Of a stretch of 64,000 bases of DNA, positions 14,118 to 64,000 are shown in pieces. The DNA is taken from contig OZ024744.1 of NCBI GenBank assembly GCA_964016885.1, positions 4,526,001 through 4,590,000 on the forward strand, written 5' to 3'. The DNA is from Eledone cirrhosa (lineage: Eukaryota). The position numbers and the translations under genes were made by a program. Within the stretch, counting starts at the first letter, position 1, and every line of letters begins with the position of its first letter. The notes below the pieces were generated by a model. The model saw only the letters and a program-made list of their open reading frames with translations, searched no databases and was not told where the DNA came from.

Positions 14118-16120
14118 AGCATCATCACCACCACCACCACCTCCACTATCACCACCACAACTAACAAAGCACCACCACACTCACCATCACCACCTCCACC
14201 ATCACCACTACCACTAACAAAGGAAAACATCCACACAAAACCACCACCACCACTACCACCACGACAACCACCACCAGCAGCACTACTACTACTACCACGA
14301 CAACCACTATCACCACCACCATCACAAACAACAACATCACCACCACCACCACAACCAGAATCACCACCACCACAATCATCACCTCCACCACCACCACCAC
14401 CACCACCACCACCACAATCATCACCTCAACCACCACCACTATCATCACCTCCACCACCACCATCACCACCACCACAATCATCACCTCAACCACCAACACA
14501 ATCATCACCACCACCATCACCACCACCACAATTATTACCTCAAACACCACCACAATCATCACCTACACCGACACCACAATCATCATCTCCACTACCACCA
14601 CCACCACCACCACAATCACCACCACCACCACCACGACAATCACCACCTCCACCACCAGGACCACCACCACCACAATCACCATCACCACCACAACCACAAT
14701 CATCACCTCCACCACCAGGACCACCACCACCACCACAATCATCACCTCCACCACCACCATCACCACCACCAGAATCATCACCTCCACCACCAGGACCACC
14801 ACCACCACACTCACCATCACCACCACCACCACAATCACCACCTCCACCACCACGACAATCACCACCTCCACCACCACCTCAATCATCACCTCCACCACCA
14901 CCACCACCTCAATCACCACCACCACCACGATTAACACCTCCACCACCATCACCACCACCACAATCATCACCTCCACAACCACCACCATCACCACCACCAG
15001 AATCATCACCTCCACCACCACGACAATCACCACCTCCACCACCACGACCACCACAATCACCATCACCACCACCACCACAATCACCACCTCCACCACAACC
15101 GCAATCATCACCTCCACCACCACCACCACCACAATCACCACCTACACCACAACCACAATCATCACCGCCACCACCACCACAATCATCAACTCTACCACCA
15201 CAATCATCACATCCCCTACCATCACAATCATCACCTCCATCACCACCACCACCACCTCCACCACAATCATCACCACCACCTCCACAACCAGAATCACCAC
15301 CTCCACCACCAACACAATCATCACCTCCACCACCACCACCATCATCACCACCATCACCACCTCCACACCCACCATCTACTCCTCCACCACCACCACAATC
15401 AACACCACCACCACCACTACCACCACTACTACCACCATCACCTCCACCTCCATAACGACAATCATCACCTCCACCACCACCACCACCACAATCATCACCT
15501 CCACTACCACCACCACTACCAGCACCACCACCTCCACAACCATCACCACCTCCACCAACCACCACAATCACCACCTCCACCTCCACCACCACCATCTCCA
15601 GAACCACAATCACCACCTCCACCAACACAACTTCAATCACTCCCTCTACACCACCACAATCATTACCTCCACCACCACCACAATCACCACCTCCATCACT
15701 ACCAGCACCACCATCTCCACAACTACAATCACCACCTCCACCACCACAATCATCACCTCCACCACCACCGCCACAATTACCACCTCCACCACCACCACAA
15801 TCACCACCACCACCAACACCACCACCATCACGACCATCACCACCACCACCACAATCATCACCTCCACCACCACCATCACCACCACAATCACCACCACCAC
15901 CCCCACCACCAGCACCACCACCTCCACCACCACCACCACCACCACCACCACCACCATCACCGCCACCACCACCTCCAACACCACCACCATCACCACCACC
16001 ACCACAACAATCACCACCTCCACCACCACAATCACCACCTCCACCACCACCACCACAATCACCACCTCCACCACAATTACCACCACCACCACCACCACCA
16101 CCACCACCTCCACCACCATA
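14118..16120. repeat. Degenerate (CAC)n/(ACC)n trinucleotide low-complexity tract with recurring caccacaatcatcacctc subunits
   Basis: Directly visible. It generates the poly-Val and poly-Gly ORFs in the track. Confidence 0.95.
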
Positions 16121-16347
16121 ATTCGAATCCAGGACGTTAAATTATTTGAATTTATTTTCACGGATTTCTCGATTTGCTATTATGACGTCATGGTTGTGTG
16201 TTAAATAGATATTAACATTCTTTTATATCACATACACACACACACATATACATGCATAGATGTGTGTGTGTGTTTTTGTGTTTTTTGTGAACGAATGTAT
16301 ATATGTATATATATATATATGCCTGTGTGTGTGTGTGTGACTGTGTG

Positions 16348-16382
<35 letters not shown>

Positions 16383-16720
16383 GTGCGTGTGTGTATATAT
16401 ATAGGTGCGTATGTATGTGTGTATGTATATATGCGTGTATGTATGTATTTGTGTATGTATATATATGTATGTATACCTATAGATTCATACTATATCAATA
16501 TTTTCCGCCATTAGTGAAATATTTTCTCGAAAGTGTACAAGTGTATTTTGTATTTTATACAAATTATTCTTCTGTATAACAATCCAGAAATTTATTACTG
16601 CTGATAATTGATCTACTTTGTCTGATTGTTTGTTTGATTGATTGAGTGTTTGATAACTGATCTCATCTGTTTGTTTGTTATTGTGTTTATCTGTTTGTTT
16701 GTTTATCTATTTTTTTCATA

Positions 16721-16946
16721 ATGTCGGAGCCAAAAAAGCGTCGCGGCTTTCTCAGAAGATGTGCTGAAAGGGCCCGACGGCTTGCTGAGTCCCTCTGTCC
16801 TTGCTACCGAGAGAAACGGCGCCGGCGACGACAAAAGAAGCAGGAACAATATAATATAACATCTATCGATCCTGCACCTCAGACTGTGGAGTTTCCAACA
16901 GCCACAGCGCATGTTAATGAATCGCACACAATCGATATGCAGCCTG
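16721..16946 (+). CDS. Candidate first coding exon of an unknown gene (basic, Cys-containing N-terminus)
   Basis: ATG at 16721 opens a GC-elevated, non-repetitive frame MSEPKKRRGFLRRCAERARRLAESLCPCYREKRRRRRQKK...IDMQP. It ends at a consensus donor G|GTAAGT (GT at 16947). Length 226 nt, phase 1. Confidence 0.55.
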
Positions 16947-16984
16947 GTAAGTTATAATTATTTCTACACAATGCCAGCAATTTG

Positions 16985-17162
16985 AAGGGAAAGTCGATTA
17001 AATCTACCCTAGTGCATTAGTAGTAGTTTATTTTATCGACCCCGTACATGTTAAAGGCAAAGCTAAATATCGGTAAATTTTGAACTCAGAACGTAAAATG
17101 CTGTAACTATATGCCACAAAGCATGCTGTCCGGCACTCTACCAAACTGCCAATCCACGCCCT
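16985..17162 (-). mobile_element. tRNA-derived octopus-type SINE, diverged
   Basis: The reverse complement carries B-box gagttcaaa, the tttgccttt...ggggtcgataaa core, and gcactagggtagatttaatcgac. It is homologous to the copy at 25926-26111. Confidence 0.7.
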
Positions 17163-17286
17163 TAAAGTACGTTATAATAAACCCAGTTTGTTAAATTGTA
17201 AATAACACACTAAGATATCATTTTATTTCTCCAAAATATAAGTACACAACTTCTAAACAACTTGTCTGTTTTACGCCGCCCCACAG

Positions 17287-17384
17287 AACAGAAGACTAGC
17301 AATATTAGCTGTATAAGCCAATATATCTCTCCGGACTTATTTCTCAGGCATGATACCCTTCCTCTCAACGGAGGGAAATGCTAG
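17287..17384 (+). CDS. Possible short terminal exon 2 (would give a 107-aa product with exon 16721-16946)
   Basis: Acceptor ...ttttacgccgccccacag| then the phase-1 frame EQKTSNISCISQYISPDLFLRHDTLPLNGGKC*. Sequence support only; could be chance. Confidence 0.25.
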
Positions 17385-17804
17385 TCGCAGAAGCGAGGAG
17401 AGATTGTAAAAAAACATCTTGTTAATTTATCCATCTTCTGTTCCTCTGCTGCCTTGTGAGTGGCTCTATTTTGATCATTGTCTGAAGTGACAATTTTAGC
17501 GCTGGAGTATGTCACAAAACATGGAATCATTTTCCCTCGTTGAATGAGAAAAGGAGTTAAACCCCCGCGACACTAAGTATCACCGTGGTTAAGACCAATA
17601 AGCTCCAGTTATGCCTAAAAGACAGCAAAATTGTCACTCTTTAAATAACATCATTCAATGTGATGTGGTGAGGGAAACGTCCCACATAGTGAAAAAAGAA
17701 GGGGATGTAGTTTGAACTCAAGGACAGTAACTCTATATCAGAGCTCATGTAGCTCACACTTGAATAAATAATATAATCTCTCCCTTACTTTTTCTCCCTC
17801 TTTC

Positions 17805-17836
<32 letters not shown>

Positions 17837-18029
17837 CGATATTTTTTGTCGGATCGCCAGTAAGAAGAGCAGATCGATAATGGAGTCGGATCCATAACTT
17901 CTATGCGTTACCCTGAGCCAAACCGCTACGAAACGCGCGTAGCAGGTTGATACACAATACAAAATCCAATTACATGCCACGAATCTTCATCGTTTTTATT
18001 AATATATATATATATATATGGAACTTGTC

Positions 18030-18610
18030 ACATGTATAGGAGCAATTTTGGAACAGAATAGAAAGGATTAGGAATAAGTAATGTTCGTCAATACAATCCC
18101 TAGAGGCGAGCTGGCTTACAGATTTAGAAGGGCCCTAGATAAGCTCAAATCAAATATTAAGGTAGTTGAAAGACCAGGTATTCCCATAAAAACCCTAATT
18201 AGTAAAACACACCCATTTCAAAGAATCCCCTGTGCTGATAGGAAATGCAAAGTCTGCAAGCTAAGCCCGCAAACTAACTGCAACAATTAGGAACGTAGTA
18301 TATAGCATAAGATCTACTGACGGACAGTGTAGGAATAAGAATATAACATACATAGGTGAAACACTCCGTAGCATAGGAACAAGTGAATACTGGCGAGAAC
18401 TCCAGGATGGGAAAAACTCATCAGTACTCCACCAACATGCAAAAAATAGAACATTGGGGCACATTAGAGAACATAGAGATTAAAAATTATATGCACGCAC
18501 AGAAAAGATGTAATGCTCAGGCAAATCACAGAGGCGACGAATATAAACGAACTCCACCCAAAATTAAACAGAAAACATGAGTGGAATAGTAACATCACAA
18601 CTAGTAATTA
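18030..18610 (+). mobile_element. Penelope-like element 3' fragment (GIY-YIG endonuclease), decayed
   Basis: Reads IKVVERPGIPIKTLISKTHPFQRIPCADRKCKVC..., then after a frameshift RNVVYSI...ITYIGETLRSIG, and later MLRQITEA. Confidence 0.85.
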
Positions 18611-18719
18611 AGGACAAAATGAAGACATACAGACACACACAAAAACCAAACTAACACAACAAACACACACAGATAGAACAAACAACCAACTAGTGACAAA
18701 TAAATAAACATAAATAATA

Positions 18720-18743
18720 AATAAACACACACACACACGCACG

Positions 18744-18782
<39 letters not shown>

Positions 18783-19319
18783 AAACACACACACACACAC
18801 GCACACACCCACGCACACACACACACACACACACACACGGATGTATTGCATACGCAAACTTAGCACACAACACAACATACAAAAACAAGATGGTGTAGGA
18901 TAGAACAAAGGAGATACACAAAAAAAATAAAAAAATAATAAAAAAAATGAGGAGGTCACAGAATGTGTGACGAAAGAGCTTTGACAATATATAAACAACA
19001 TTCCGATTATCGAACCAACCAACCAAACGAAAACTTATAATACATTGAAACGAAAACAAACAGATGCGTGTGTTTTTATTGGCAGCATGACCCTCCCAAA
19101 GTATAACAATATGTGTGTGTGTGTGGGTGTGTGGGTGTGGGTATGCATGTGTATGTGTATGTGGGTATGTGTGTGTGTATGAGTGTGTGTATGTGTGTGT
19201 GTGCTTATGTGTGTGTGTATGAGTGTGTGTGTGTGCGTCTATGTGTGTGTGTATGAGTGTGTGTGTCTGTGCGTCGGTGTGTGTGTATGAGTGTGTGTAT
19301 GTGTGTGTGTGTGCATGCA

Positions 19320-19355
<36 letters not shown>

Positions 19356-20109
19356 CATGTGTGTGCATGTGTGTGTGTGTGTGTGTGTATGTTTGTGAGC
19401 GTGCGTGTGTGTGTGTACATGTGTGTGTACGTGCGTGTACGTATGTGTGTGTGTGTATGAGTGTGTGTATGTGTGTGTGAAGGTAGATAAGCTTGTGTTT
19501 ACGTATATCAGGAATGAATGCTTAAACAAGAAAGCTGCTTGCCAGAGAGGTTGACTCAACGGTATCCTTTAAATAGTATAGCATAACTATCCAAGAGGGG
19601 AATATGGTATATAGCTCCAGAAGAGATCACGAAGTATATCAATATAAGCAAGTATTGCACCATGTAACAATATAAACGTCGGCGTGAAGGAGATTAGGAA
19701 TGTATTTGCTTTAACATAAGTATCTGTGTCTATTACTAGCAGAGAAAGAGAGAGAGAGAGAGATGCGTCTTTTGTGTGTGTGTGTGTGTGTGTGCGAACA
19801 TAAATATATATATAACACACACAGTCACAGTAGTTCTTGTGTGAAAGAGAGAAAGAGACGTAAGTTTGGGGAAAGGGGAGAGTTGAACAGTGTGTAAAGA
19901 ATAGATAAATAAAAGTTAAAGTTCCTCACTCTCTTTCTTTCTTTCTCAACCTTCTCTCCCGTTTTTCTCATACTCTCTCTCTCTCTCTCTTTCTCTCGCT
20001 CTCTCTCTCTCACTCATACCCCCTCTCTCTTCCTCTACAGAATGGAGAACAATAAAGAACGCGCAGATCTCCACCCCGCTCTCTCTCTGTCTTTATACAT
20101 GTATGTGTT

Positions 20110-20169
<60 letters not shown>

Positions 20170-20310
20170 CCAGCGGTCGTCATCATTCTCTCTCTCTCTA
20201 TCTGAAAATCTTCTATCTCTCTCTGTATAACGGCCTATCTCACTCTCTCTCTCTCTCTCTACATCTCCCTTTCACTCTGTATATGTTTATGTATATGTGT
20301 GTGTGTGTGT
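18720..20310. repeat. Cluster of (CA)n, (TG)n and (CT)n microsatellites
   Basis: Directly visible. Confidence 0.9.
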
Positions 20311-20329
20311 ATCAATGACGTGTTCGTCA

Positions 20330-20562
20330 GAATGTCGTTATGCAGACAGCTAGACATACAGACAGATATTATAAGGGCTCGACGGAGATCGATAACACCC
20401 CTTTAACAACAGAAAATTGAAAAATAAAAGCTGCAGTTAGTATCTTTAGACCGCAAGGAATATATAAATGCAAGTTTGAAGTCAATCCGAGTAGACATGT
20501 GGATTTGTATAGACTTTGCAAAAATGAGGACATACAGACAACATCAGTTTTATATAGAGAGA
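20330..20562 (+). mobile_element. Possible Helentron/DINE-like non-autonomous element remnant
   Basis: acagacagat repeats, a caagtttgaagtcaatccg core and a ...acagacaacatcagttttatatagagagat end resemble this invertebrate element type. Recognised by eye only. Confidence 0.3.
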
Positions 20563-20699
20563 TAATTGTCTACATGTGCTGACTACAATATATATTGTTC
20601 AATCATATGCAATACTTAATTATTTATCACACTTCATCAGAAAGCCTATAATGGTGGAAGTGAGTATTCACTATTGTTAGAATTCAGCAATGGGATTTT

Positions 20700-21860
20700 C
20701 GTTTAAGAAAGTATAAATAAGTCAAAATGACAATAAGAATAGAATACATCTAGCCAAGCTTTATAACTGGCACTCTTTTGGACACGAAAAGAAGAAGAAT
20801 ACAGAGTTGTGTGCCTAAGACAGGTAGTTTGTGGTTTGGGCAGTGTATTTTGATACTCTAGTGGATGGAGTTGGGTATTTATTTGCTCAATGATTTCCAT
20901 ACCGTTTATTTCTAGTCCCTTGATGATTTCTTTAGCGGCATGTCTATACTACTATACAGATAATGTCTACATAATGGGAGTACATATTTAGGGGTAAATA
21001 GTTATTGGCTACTCTTTCTTTATGTGCCCTTTCCAACAATATAATAAAGAGATTGTCTAAATCACGGGTGATGCTGACCGATGTTAGCCCCTCAATATTG
21101 TTCTTATACTGACAATTTTCCTTGTCTGATCATGGTTTTCGGGGGTCTTTATGGCTCAGGTCCACGCGCGCCATCTTTTTTGTCATTGGAATACTGGGTG
21201 GTGGTCTGCTACATCACAAACTGGTGGAACAGAGACTGCAAAACATAATAATTGTGTAGATATTCTTTGTCACAAATGAGTCTAGGTAGGATTCACTGGA
21301 CCCTGATTGACACTCAGGGCATTCTACATCACTCACGGGGACCATAACCTCACAGTTTTCCACAGCAGCAGCAACGGCAATAGATGGGTGAAGGAATAGT
21401 ACATAGATACTACATATCACACAACTTGTCAGGTCACAGGTGAAAGTTGCATTCAGTGGTTCTGTTGATGAGGTCGGGAGTTCGTTACTTAACTAGTAAT
21501 AAACCCAGCAATTGCTCAAGTTACGGAGTTTGTATATCTCTGTCACAAACTATCATCAAACAGCAATGGAATGGTTGCTGCGCAGTCTGTAACAGGCGGA
21601 GTTTAGCGTCACAAGCAGAATATTCAATTAGTATATATGATTTCATTGCAAACATAGCTCTCCCGAACTATATCAATATCTGTTTCAATACCCGAATTCA
21701 CATCAACAGACTTGAAAGCTAATTGCAATTATACAAACAAGCCTCAATTTTATAGCCATGTCAGTATAATGAACCCTTCATTCTTGCTCTTGTGTTGGCA
21801 TGTGAACAGAACTGCAGACACTAATGTTTCTGGGTATCACCCTTCATCAGTACAGCTCAC
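20700..21860 (-). mobile_element. Heavily decayed Penelope-like remnants
   Basis: Minus strand shows FTCDLTSCVIC (pre-GIY-YIG FTC motif), YSHYVDIICIV (YVDD-like) and EQINTQLHP. A minimal hammerhead-like motif lies at 21812-21855. Confidence 0.5.
21812..21855 (-). ncRNA. Minimal type I hammerhead ribozyme-like motif
   Basis: Reverse complement: ctgta CTGATGA agggt-gat-accc a GAAA c-attagt-g TC tgcag. Stem I is ctgta/tgcag. There is one extra base before GAAA. Confidence 0.5.
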
Positions 21861-22471
21861 TGTTCACCTGCCAAACTGTCAGAGCTAGTGAAAGTATATG
21901 CTATTTTCAAAAATACACAGTGACTGATCGGCCTGATTTGCATACATAGCAGACTGGCTGATCAGTCAGATCTGCATATTAGCAGATACACTGATTAGCC
22001 AGATTTGCATATCAGAAGACTGGTTTAATATTTTCAATATATTTTCCAGATGACAAACTTTATATTAGAAACTCCCTATCATGATCCAGGATAAATATTT
22101 TATTGACCTTTATATTTAGGGACGTTCAAAGGAGGGTAAAAGAAAGGGTTACTTATTATTTTCATCCTTACATATTCCATGTAAGACTGCTGTAGAGAAA
22201 TAGTATATCTGTTCTTCCGGACCAGTAGGAAATTGTACAATGTTTGTGACATAATAGCAGACATCACACACATGACTGGCCACACTTTACTCCTTTCGGA
22301 AGTTTTGCATGTGTGGAGTAAGAAAGAATGACATTGACAGAACAAACCAAAGAAATGGTTCGAATTGATTCAAAAGACGACAACTTATTCTACCATTTCC
22401 TCAAATTGACAACAAACTCTTACAAAAAAAACCTTCTAGCTTTCCTATTGTTTTATCCCATATTTTTTCCG

Positions 22472-22537
22472 GTATGTCTCCTGTAGAGAAATTTGTCTCA
22501 GAGCCAGTCATAACTATAGATGCTGTCTCCAAAGAAC
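22472..22537 (+). pseudogene. Type-B (66-nt) exon cassette with a dead acceptor
   Basis: The frame MSPVEKFVSEPVITIDAVSKE and the GTAAGT donor are intact, but the acceptor reads ttccg| instead of ttccag|. Confidence 0.5.
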
Positions 22538-23025
22538 GTAAGTTGTATTTCAAACACACTTTCTATTAGTCTGTACAGCAAACTATGACACGTGTTTCAA
22601 CATTAATGTCAAATCAAGATTACATTATATATTTGTAAACATGGAAGTCTTTATATTGGGTATGCTGGAACTAATGAATAAAATAGTGTGTATATATATA
22701 TATAAGTGAAGTCATGCTGGTGCTTTGCGTATGTTGATGTATACATATATCTATATTGGGTTGTATATTACATTATCGAGTAACAGTTTGTGTGCGTTTG
22801 TCCGTTGGTGGCTTTTGCATGTATTTTGTGTAATGATGTGTGTGAGCCCTGTGTGTGCATGAGTGAGTGCGAGGTTCTGTGTGCACACCCCATATGCGAG
22901 TGTATGTAAGAATTAATTTTAGTTATAACGACTGTCATCATGATTAGAGAAAATTTGGTAGTAAATGTATATTCACGTAGTTAAGACGCCATGATTCTGA
23001 AAGTTTTCATTTATATGAATACATA

Positions 23026-23188
<163 letters not shown>

Positions 23189-23339
23189 CTACTTAATTCA
23201 GTCAAGAATATAGCACTTTACATTACAAAACACCCTAACATAATCAAGGATAAACATTTTATTCACTTCCATCTTCAGAGATCTTACAATGAGGCCATTA
23301 TCAGAGTTAGCTAAGAAAAAAATGACATTATATTTATAG

Positions 23340-24317
23340 GTGGTTGTTCATAATATAAGTTACTAGGGATGTTTATTTTATGTAAATAAATAGATAGTTA
23401 CAATTGGTAAGGTTTAAATTAAATTAACAGAGTTATGTATACAAAGTTTTTTTATGATTGAAAAAAGGAAAGATAACTCCGATTATTTATTAATCGCTAA
23501 TATGTGATTAATTATTTAGTCTAAAGAAATAGGAATATTTAAACATCTTGAATAGGATACATTTTACTAAAAACAGTTAACGGTTATTAATATACATTTA
23601 AAAATTAGCTTTAGAGGGTGTCATTAGAAAAAAGAATTAAAGAATTTAAGAATTTATGAAAAATTAAAATTAAAATTAAAATTAGAATTATATAGAAGTA
23701 CATAATATAGAAGTATATAAATATATATAAATATCTATACACATACACTACATATATATAAGAAATGTTAAACATATTATGATTTAGAGATATTAAAAGT
23801 ATTAAAAATGTTAGGACAGATGGGATGATCATTTTGGAGATTAATAGGAATAGTATAAGTATATTATAAGTTACATATAGTTCTGAATGTAGAATTTTGG
23901 CGATGTCTGCAAGAACTGAATATTTTTGTCCTGAGCTTAATAGAGCTTTTACAATTAATTATATAAAAAATTTCTTCAATACATAATTTACAGAATCTTG
24001 ATGAGGCCGTGTTTCGGTAAGCAGGTGCTTTCGAAATCGCTTTCCAAGATAATGAGTAATCTATATTCTTACTTTTTAAGTTCCATATAAGATGTGAGAG
24101 GGTAGTAGAAGATTTTTCGTTAGATCTTCTAAAAGAGTAATTATGGTTATTCCAGCGAAGTTTCGATTCTGTAGAAGTGGCTCCGACATAGTTGAATATA
24201 TTATCACTAGTTTTAACTGCATTTATAAACTATGTTTTTATCTAAACACTTATTTTTTAAAGGGCAGTTTGATTCTACAGTTACATTTTACGGAGTTGTT
24301 GTTGCTCGGAACGGTGC

Positions 24318-24320
<3 letters not shown>
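23340..24320 (-). mobile_element. Penelope-like element 3' end (GIY-YIG endonuclease plus AT-rich 3' UTR)
   Basis: With frameshifts, the minus strand reads CNCR..SNCPLKNKCLDKNIVYKC..FNYVGATSTESKLRWNNHNYSF..STTLSHLIWNLK..YSLSWKAISKAPAY..FCKLCIEE...IFSSCRH. Confidence 0.85.
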
Positions 24321-24413
<93 letters not shown>

Positions 24414-24641
24414 TGTGGTGGAACACTGGAAGGTAATATCCGTAGTGGTAGATCACTCACTATCTCCCTTATACCTCTCGCACGCAGTCTAGTATCGCCT
24501 GTGTGAAGTGACCGGGTTTCTGCGCATGCGCGTTCGTACGGTTGTCATTCCTGTTCCTATAACCATGCCCATTTCGAGCTGAGGATCCGCTAAGGTGAAA
24601 CAATTGTTCTCAGTATGGTGAACTAACAGTTGTGTAACCAC

Positions 24642-24678
<37 letters not shown>

Positions 24679-25121
24679 ATAGAGGTCAGACACACGAGTT
24701 GTGATATATTAGTAAAAAGGAAAAGAAAATGCTGACAAAATTTTCCCAGTGAAAAATAGTTTAATTCGGAATAAGTATTAGTTAGTATTCATTTTTAGTT
24801 TTAAGTTTTTACCTGTTGCGCATTTCTAATGCTTTTCAATAATAATTTTGAGATAGAGCGCCGTGATTTTTACTCTAATCTGATCATTTTTGGAAATTCT
24901 TCCTGTTTTATGTGAAAAAAGTGGCTCCAGGGGTATTAAGATTTGGTTGATTGTTGAATGTCACGTTGAGAAGTCACTGAAAAATAAGTCTATTAAGACA
25001 AATATGTGTGTGTGTAGTAAAGTGGTTCGTTGTTGTGATAATGGTCAGTATGTATGTGTGTGTACGTGTGTGAGTTGCAGTCATGTTGAAAGGTCAACAG
25101 TTCAGATGTCTATTATGACAA

Positions 25122-25161
<40 letters not shown>

Positions 25162-25925
25162 GTGTGTGTGTGTGCGTGTGTGTGTGGGTGTGTATGTGTG
25201 TGTGTGTGTTTGTGTGCGTGTGTGTGCGTGTGTATGTGTGCGTACGTGTGTGTGTGTGTGTGTCTGTGTGTGTAGCAGAGTGGTTCATTGTTGTGATAAT
25301 TGGAATGAATCGGTCAGTAGGAATGTGTGTGTACGTGTGCGCGTGTGTGTGTGTCGGGGGGGGGGGGGGGGTATTTAAAACATGTTGAAACATATTTTTC
25401 AGCTCTTATCTTATACGGAGAATTGTGTGTGTGTGTGCGTGTTTGTCTGTCTGTATGTTAGTGTACGCGTGTGTATGTGTGTGTGTGTCTGTGTGTGTGT
25501 GGATGGACCAGTATTTTTGTGGTACTGGTAAAAATGGCGTATATTATTCGATGGTTTCGGTCATTAGCAAAAACGATTCTCTCAAAAGAACACGTGCCGA
25601 CGCACATATACAAATACGCACACATATATTGAAAATTGATGGGCACATAGGTATTTGTACACAATTATACCATACGGTAGGGCCTAATGGATTCCCCTTG
25701 CAGTACGTACAATCTGGACACTCACACACACCTGGGTGTTATGACAATACCATACATCTTTCACCTCTTTTATTATTGATGTTGTTGATGTTCTTTTGAG
25801 ATATATATATATATAAGGCAAGGACAGAAAAAGTTGGTTCATTTTGTGTTCGCACCTGGTGTATTTATCAGTATATGAGAGATAATGTGTCTAATAACTG
25901 TATCCTGTATTTGTAATATTATTTG

Positions 25926-26111
25926 TGGATTGGCAGTATCGCTAGAGGATCGGACGCCATGCTTTGACGCATAGAGTTACGGCCCTTGCCATTCTAAGTT
26001 CAAATCCCGCCGAGGTTAACTTTGCCTTTCATCCTTACGGGGTCGATAAAATACAGTACCATTAATGCACTGGGTAATAGTTGGCCTTGTGCCAAGAGTA
26101 GAAACAATTAT
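25926..26111 (+). mobile_element. tRNA-derived octopus-type SINE
   Basis: A-box-like tggcagtatcg, B-box agttcaaatc, core gccgaggttaactttgcctttcatcc..gggtcgataaaa, and tail ggccttgtgccaagagtagaaacaattatt. Confidence 0.8.
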
Positions 26112-26159
26112 TTGTATATATACATATAGGTTTACTATTATTTTGTTTATATTTTCTAG

Positions 26160-63631
<37,472 letters not shown>

Positions 63632-64000
63632 GTAAGTTGTATTTCAAACACACTTTGTATTAGTCTGAACAGAACACTATGACACGTTGTTTCAACATTA
63701 ATGTCAAATCGAGATTACATTATATATTTGTGTATGCTGGAACTGATGAATAAACTAGTGTGTATATATATATATAAGTGAAGTCATGCAGGTGTTTGAG
63801 TATGTTGATGTATATATATATGTATTTTGGGTTGTATATAACATTATCGAGTAACTGTTTGTGTGTGTTTGTCCATTGGTTTGGTGGCTTTCTCTATCTG
63901 TGAGCTCAGTGTGTGAGTGTGATGTTCTCTGTGCACACTCTGTATGCGAGTGTATGTAAGAATAAAGTTTAGTTATAACGACTGTCATCATGATTAGAGA

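Noticed and set aside
14021-16161. Long poly-Val and poly-Gly ORFs
   Set aside because: They are by-products of a trinucleotide tract, with no start context or splice support.
16182-16191. ATGACGTCAT palindrome (cAMP response element-like) upstream of the candidate first exon
   Set aside because: A single short motif can occur by chance, and there is no TSS evidence.
23340-23900. AT-rich stretch resembling a mitochondrial insertion (NUMT)
   Set aside because: It is contiguous with a minus-strand GIY-YIG ORF and better explained as a Penelope-like 3' UTR. No mitochondrial gene was recognisable.
24521-24531. TGCGCATGCGC NRF1-like motif
   Set aside because: It is an isolated motif among repeat debris, with no linked gene start.

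Overview
AT-rich, repeat-dominated eukaryotic DNA. It is most likely Octopus/cephalopod, inferred from the SINE families and the abundant (TA)n/(CA)n tracts. Layout: (i) 1-7875, a ~630-bp tandem satellite of ~12 copies. (ii) 7880-14010, a nest of decayed retroelements: a Penelope-like RT fragment, a Tx1/L1-type LINE, and a CRE-clade RT-RLE element with an N-terminal PHD-like finger. (iii) A 2-kb degenerate (CAC)n tract. (iv) 16721-16946, a plausible first coding exon ending in phase 1, followed by SINE and Penelope debris. (v) ~22330-64000, a ~1.5-kb-monomer tandem array with a ~3.85-kb higher-order repeat. The main observation is that this array carries about 50 exon-shaped cassettes of exactly 60 nt or 66 nt. 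Each has a polypyrimidine-YAG acceptor and a GT donor, all are symmetric phase 1, and all are open in one frame, so the apparent satellite may be one gene built by tandem exon amplification. Second, a ~470-nt circularly permuted repeat with a complete type I hammerhead ribozyme (retrozyme or Penelope pLTR-like) is inserted as an inverted pair at 53340-54460. All calls come from reading the sequence; no searches were run.
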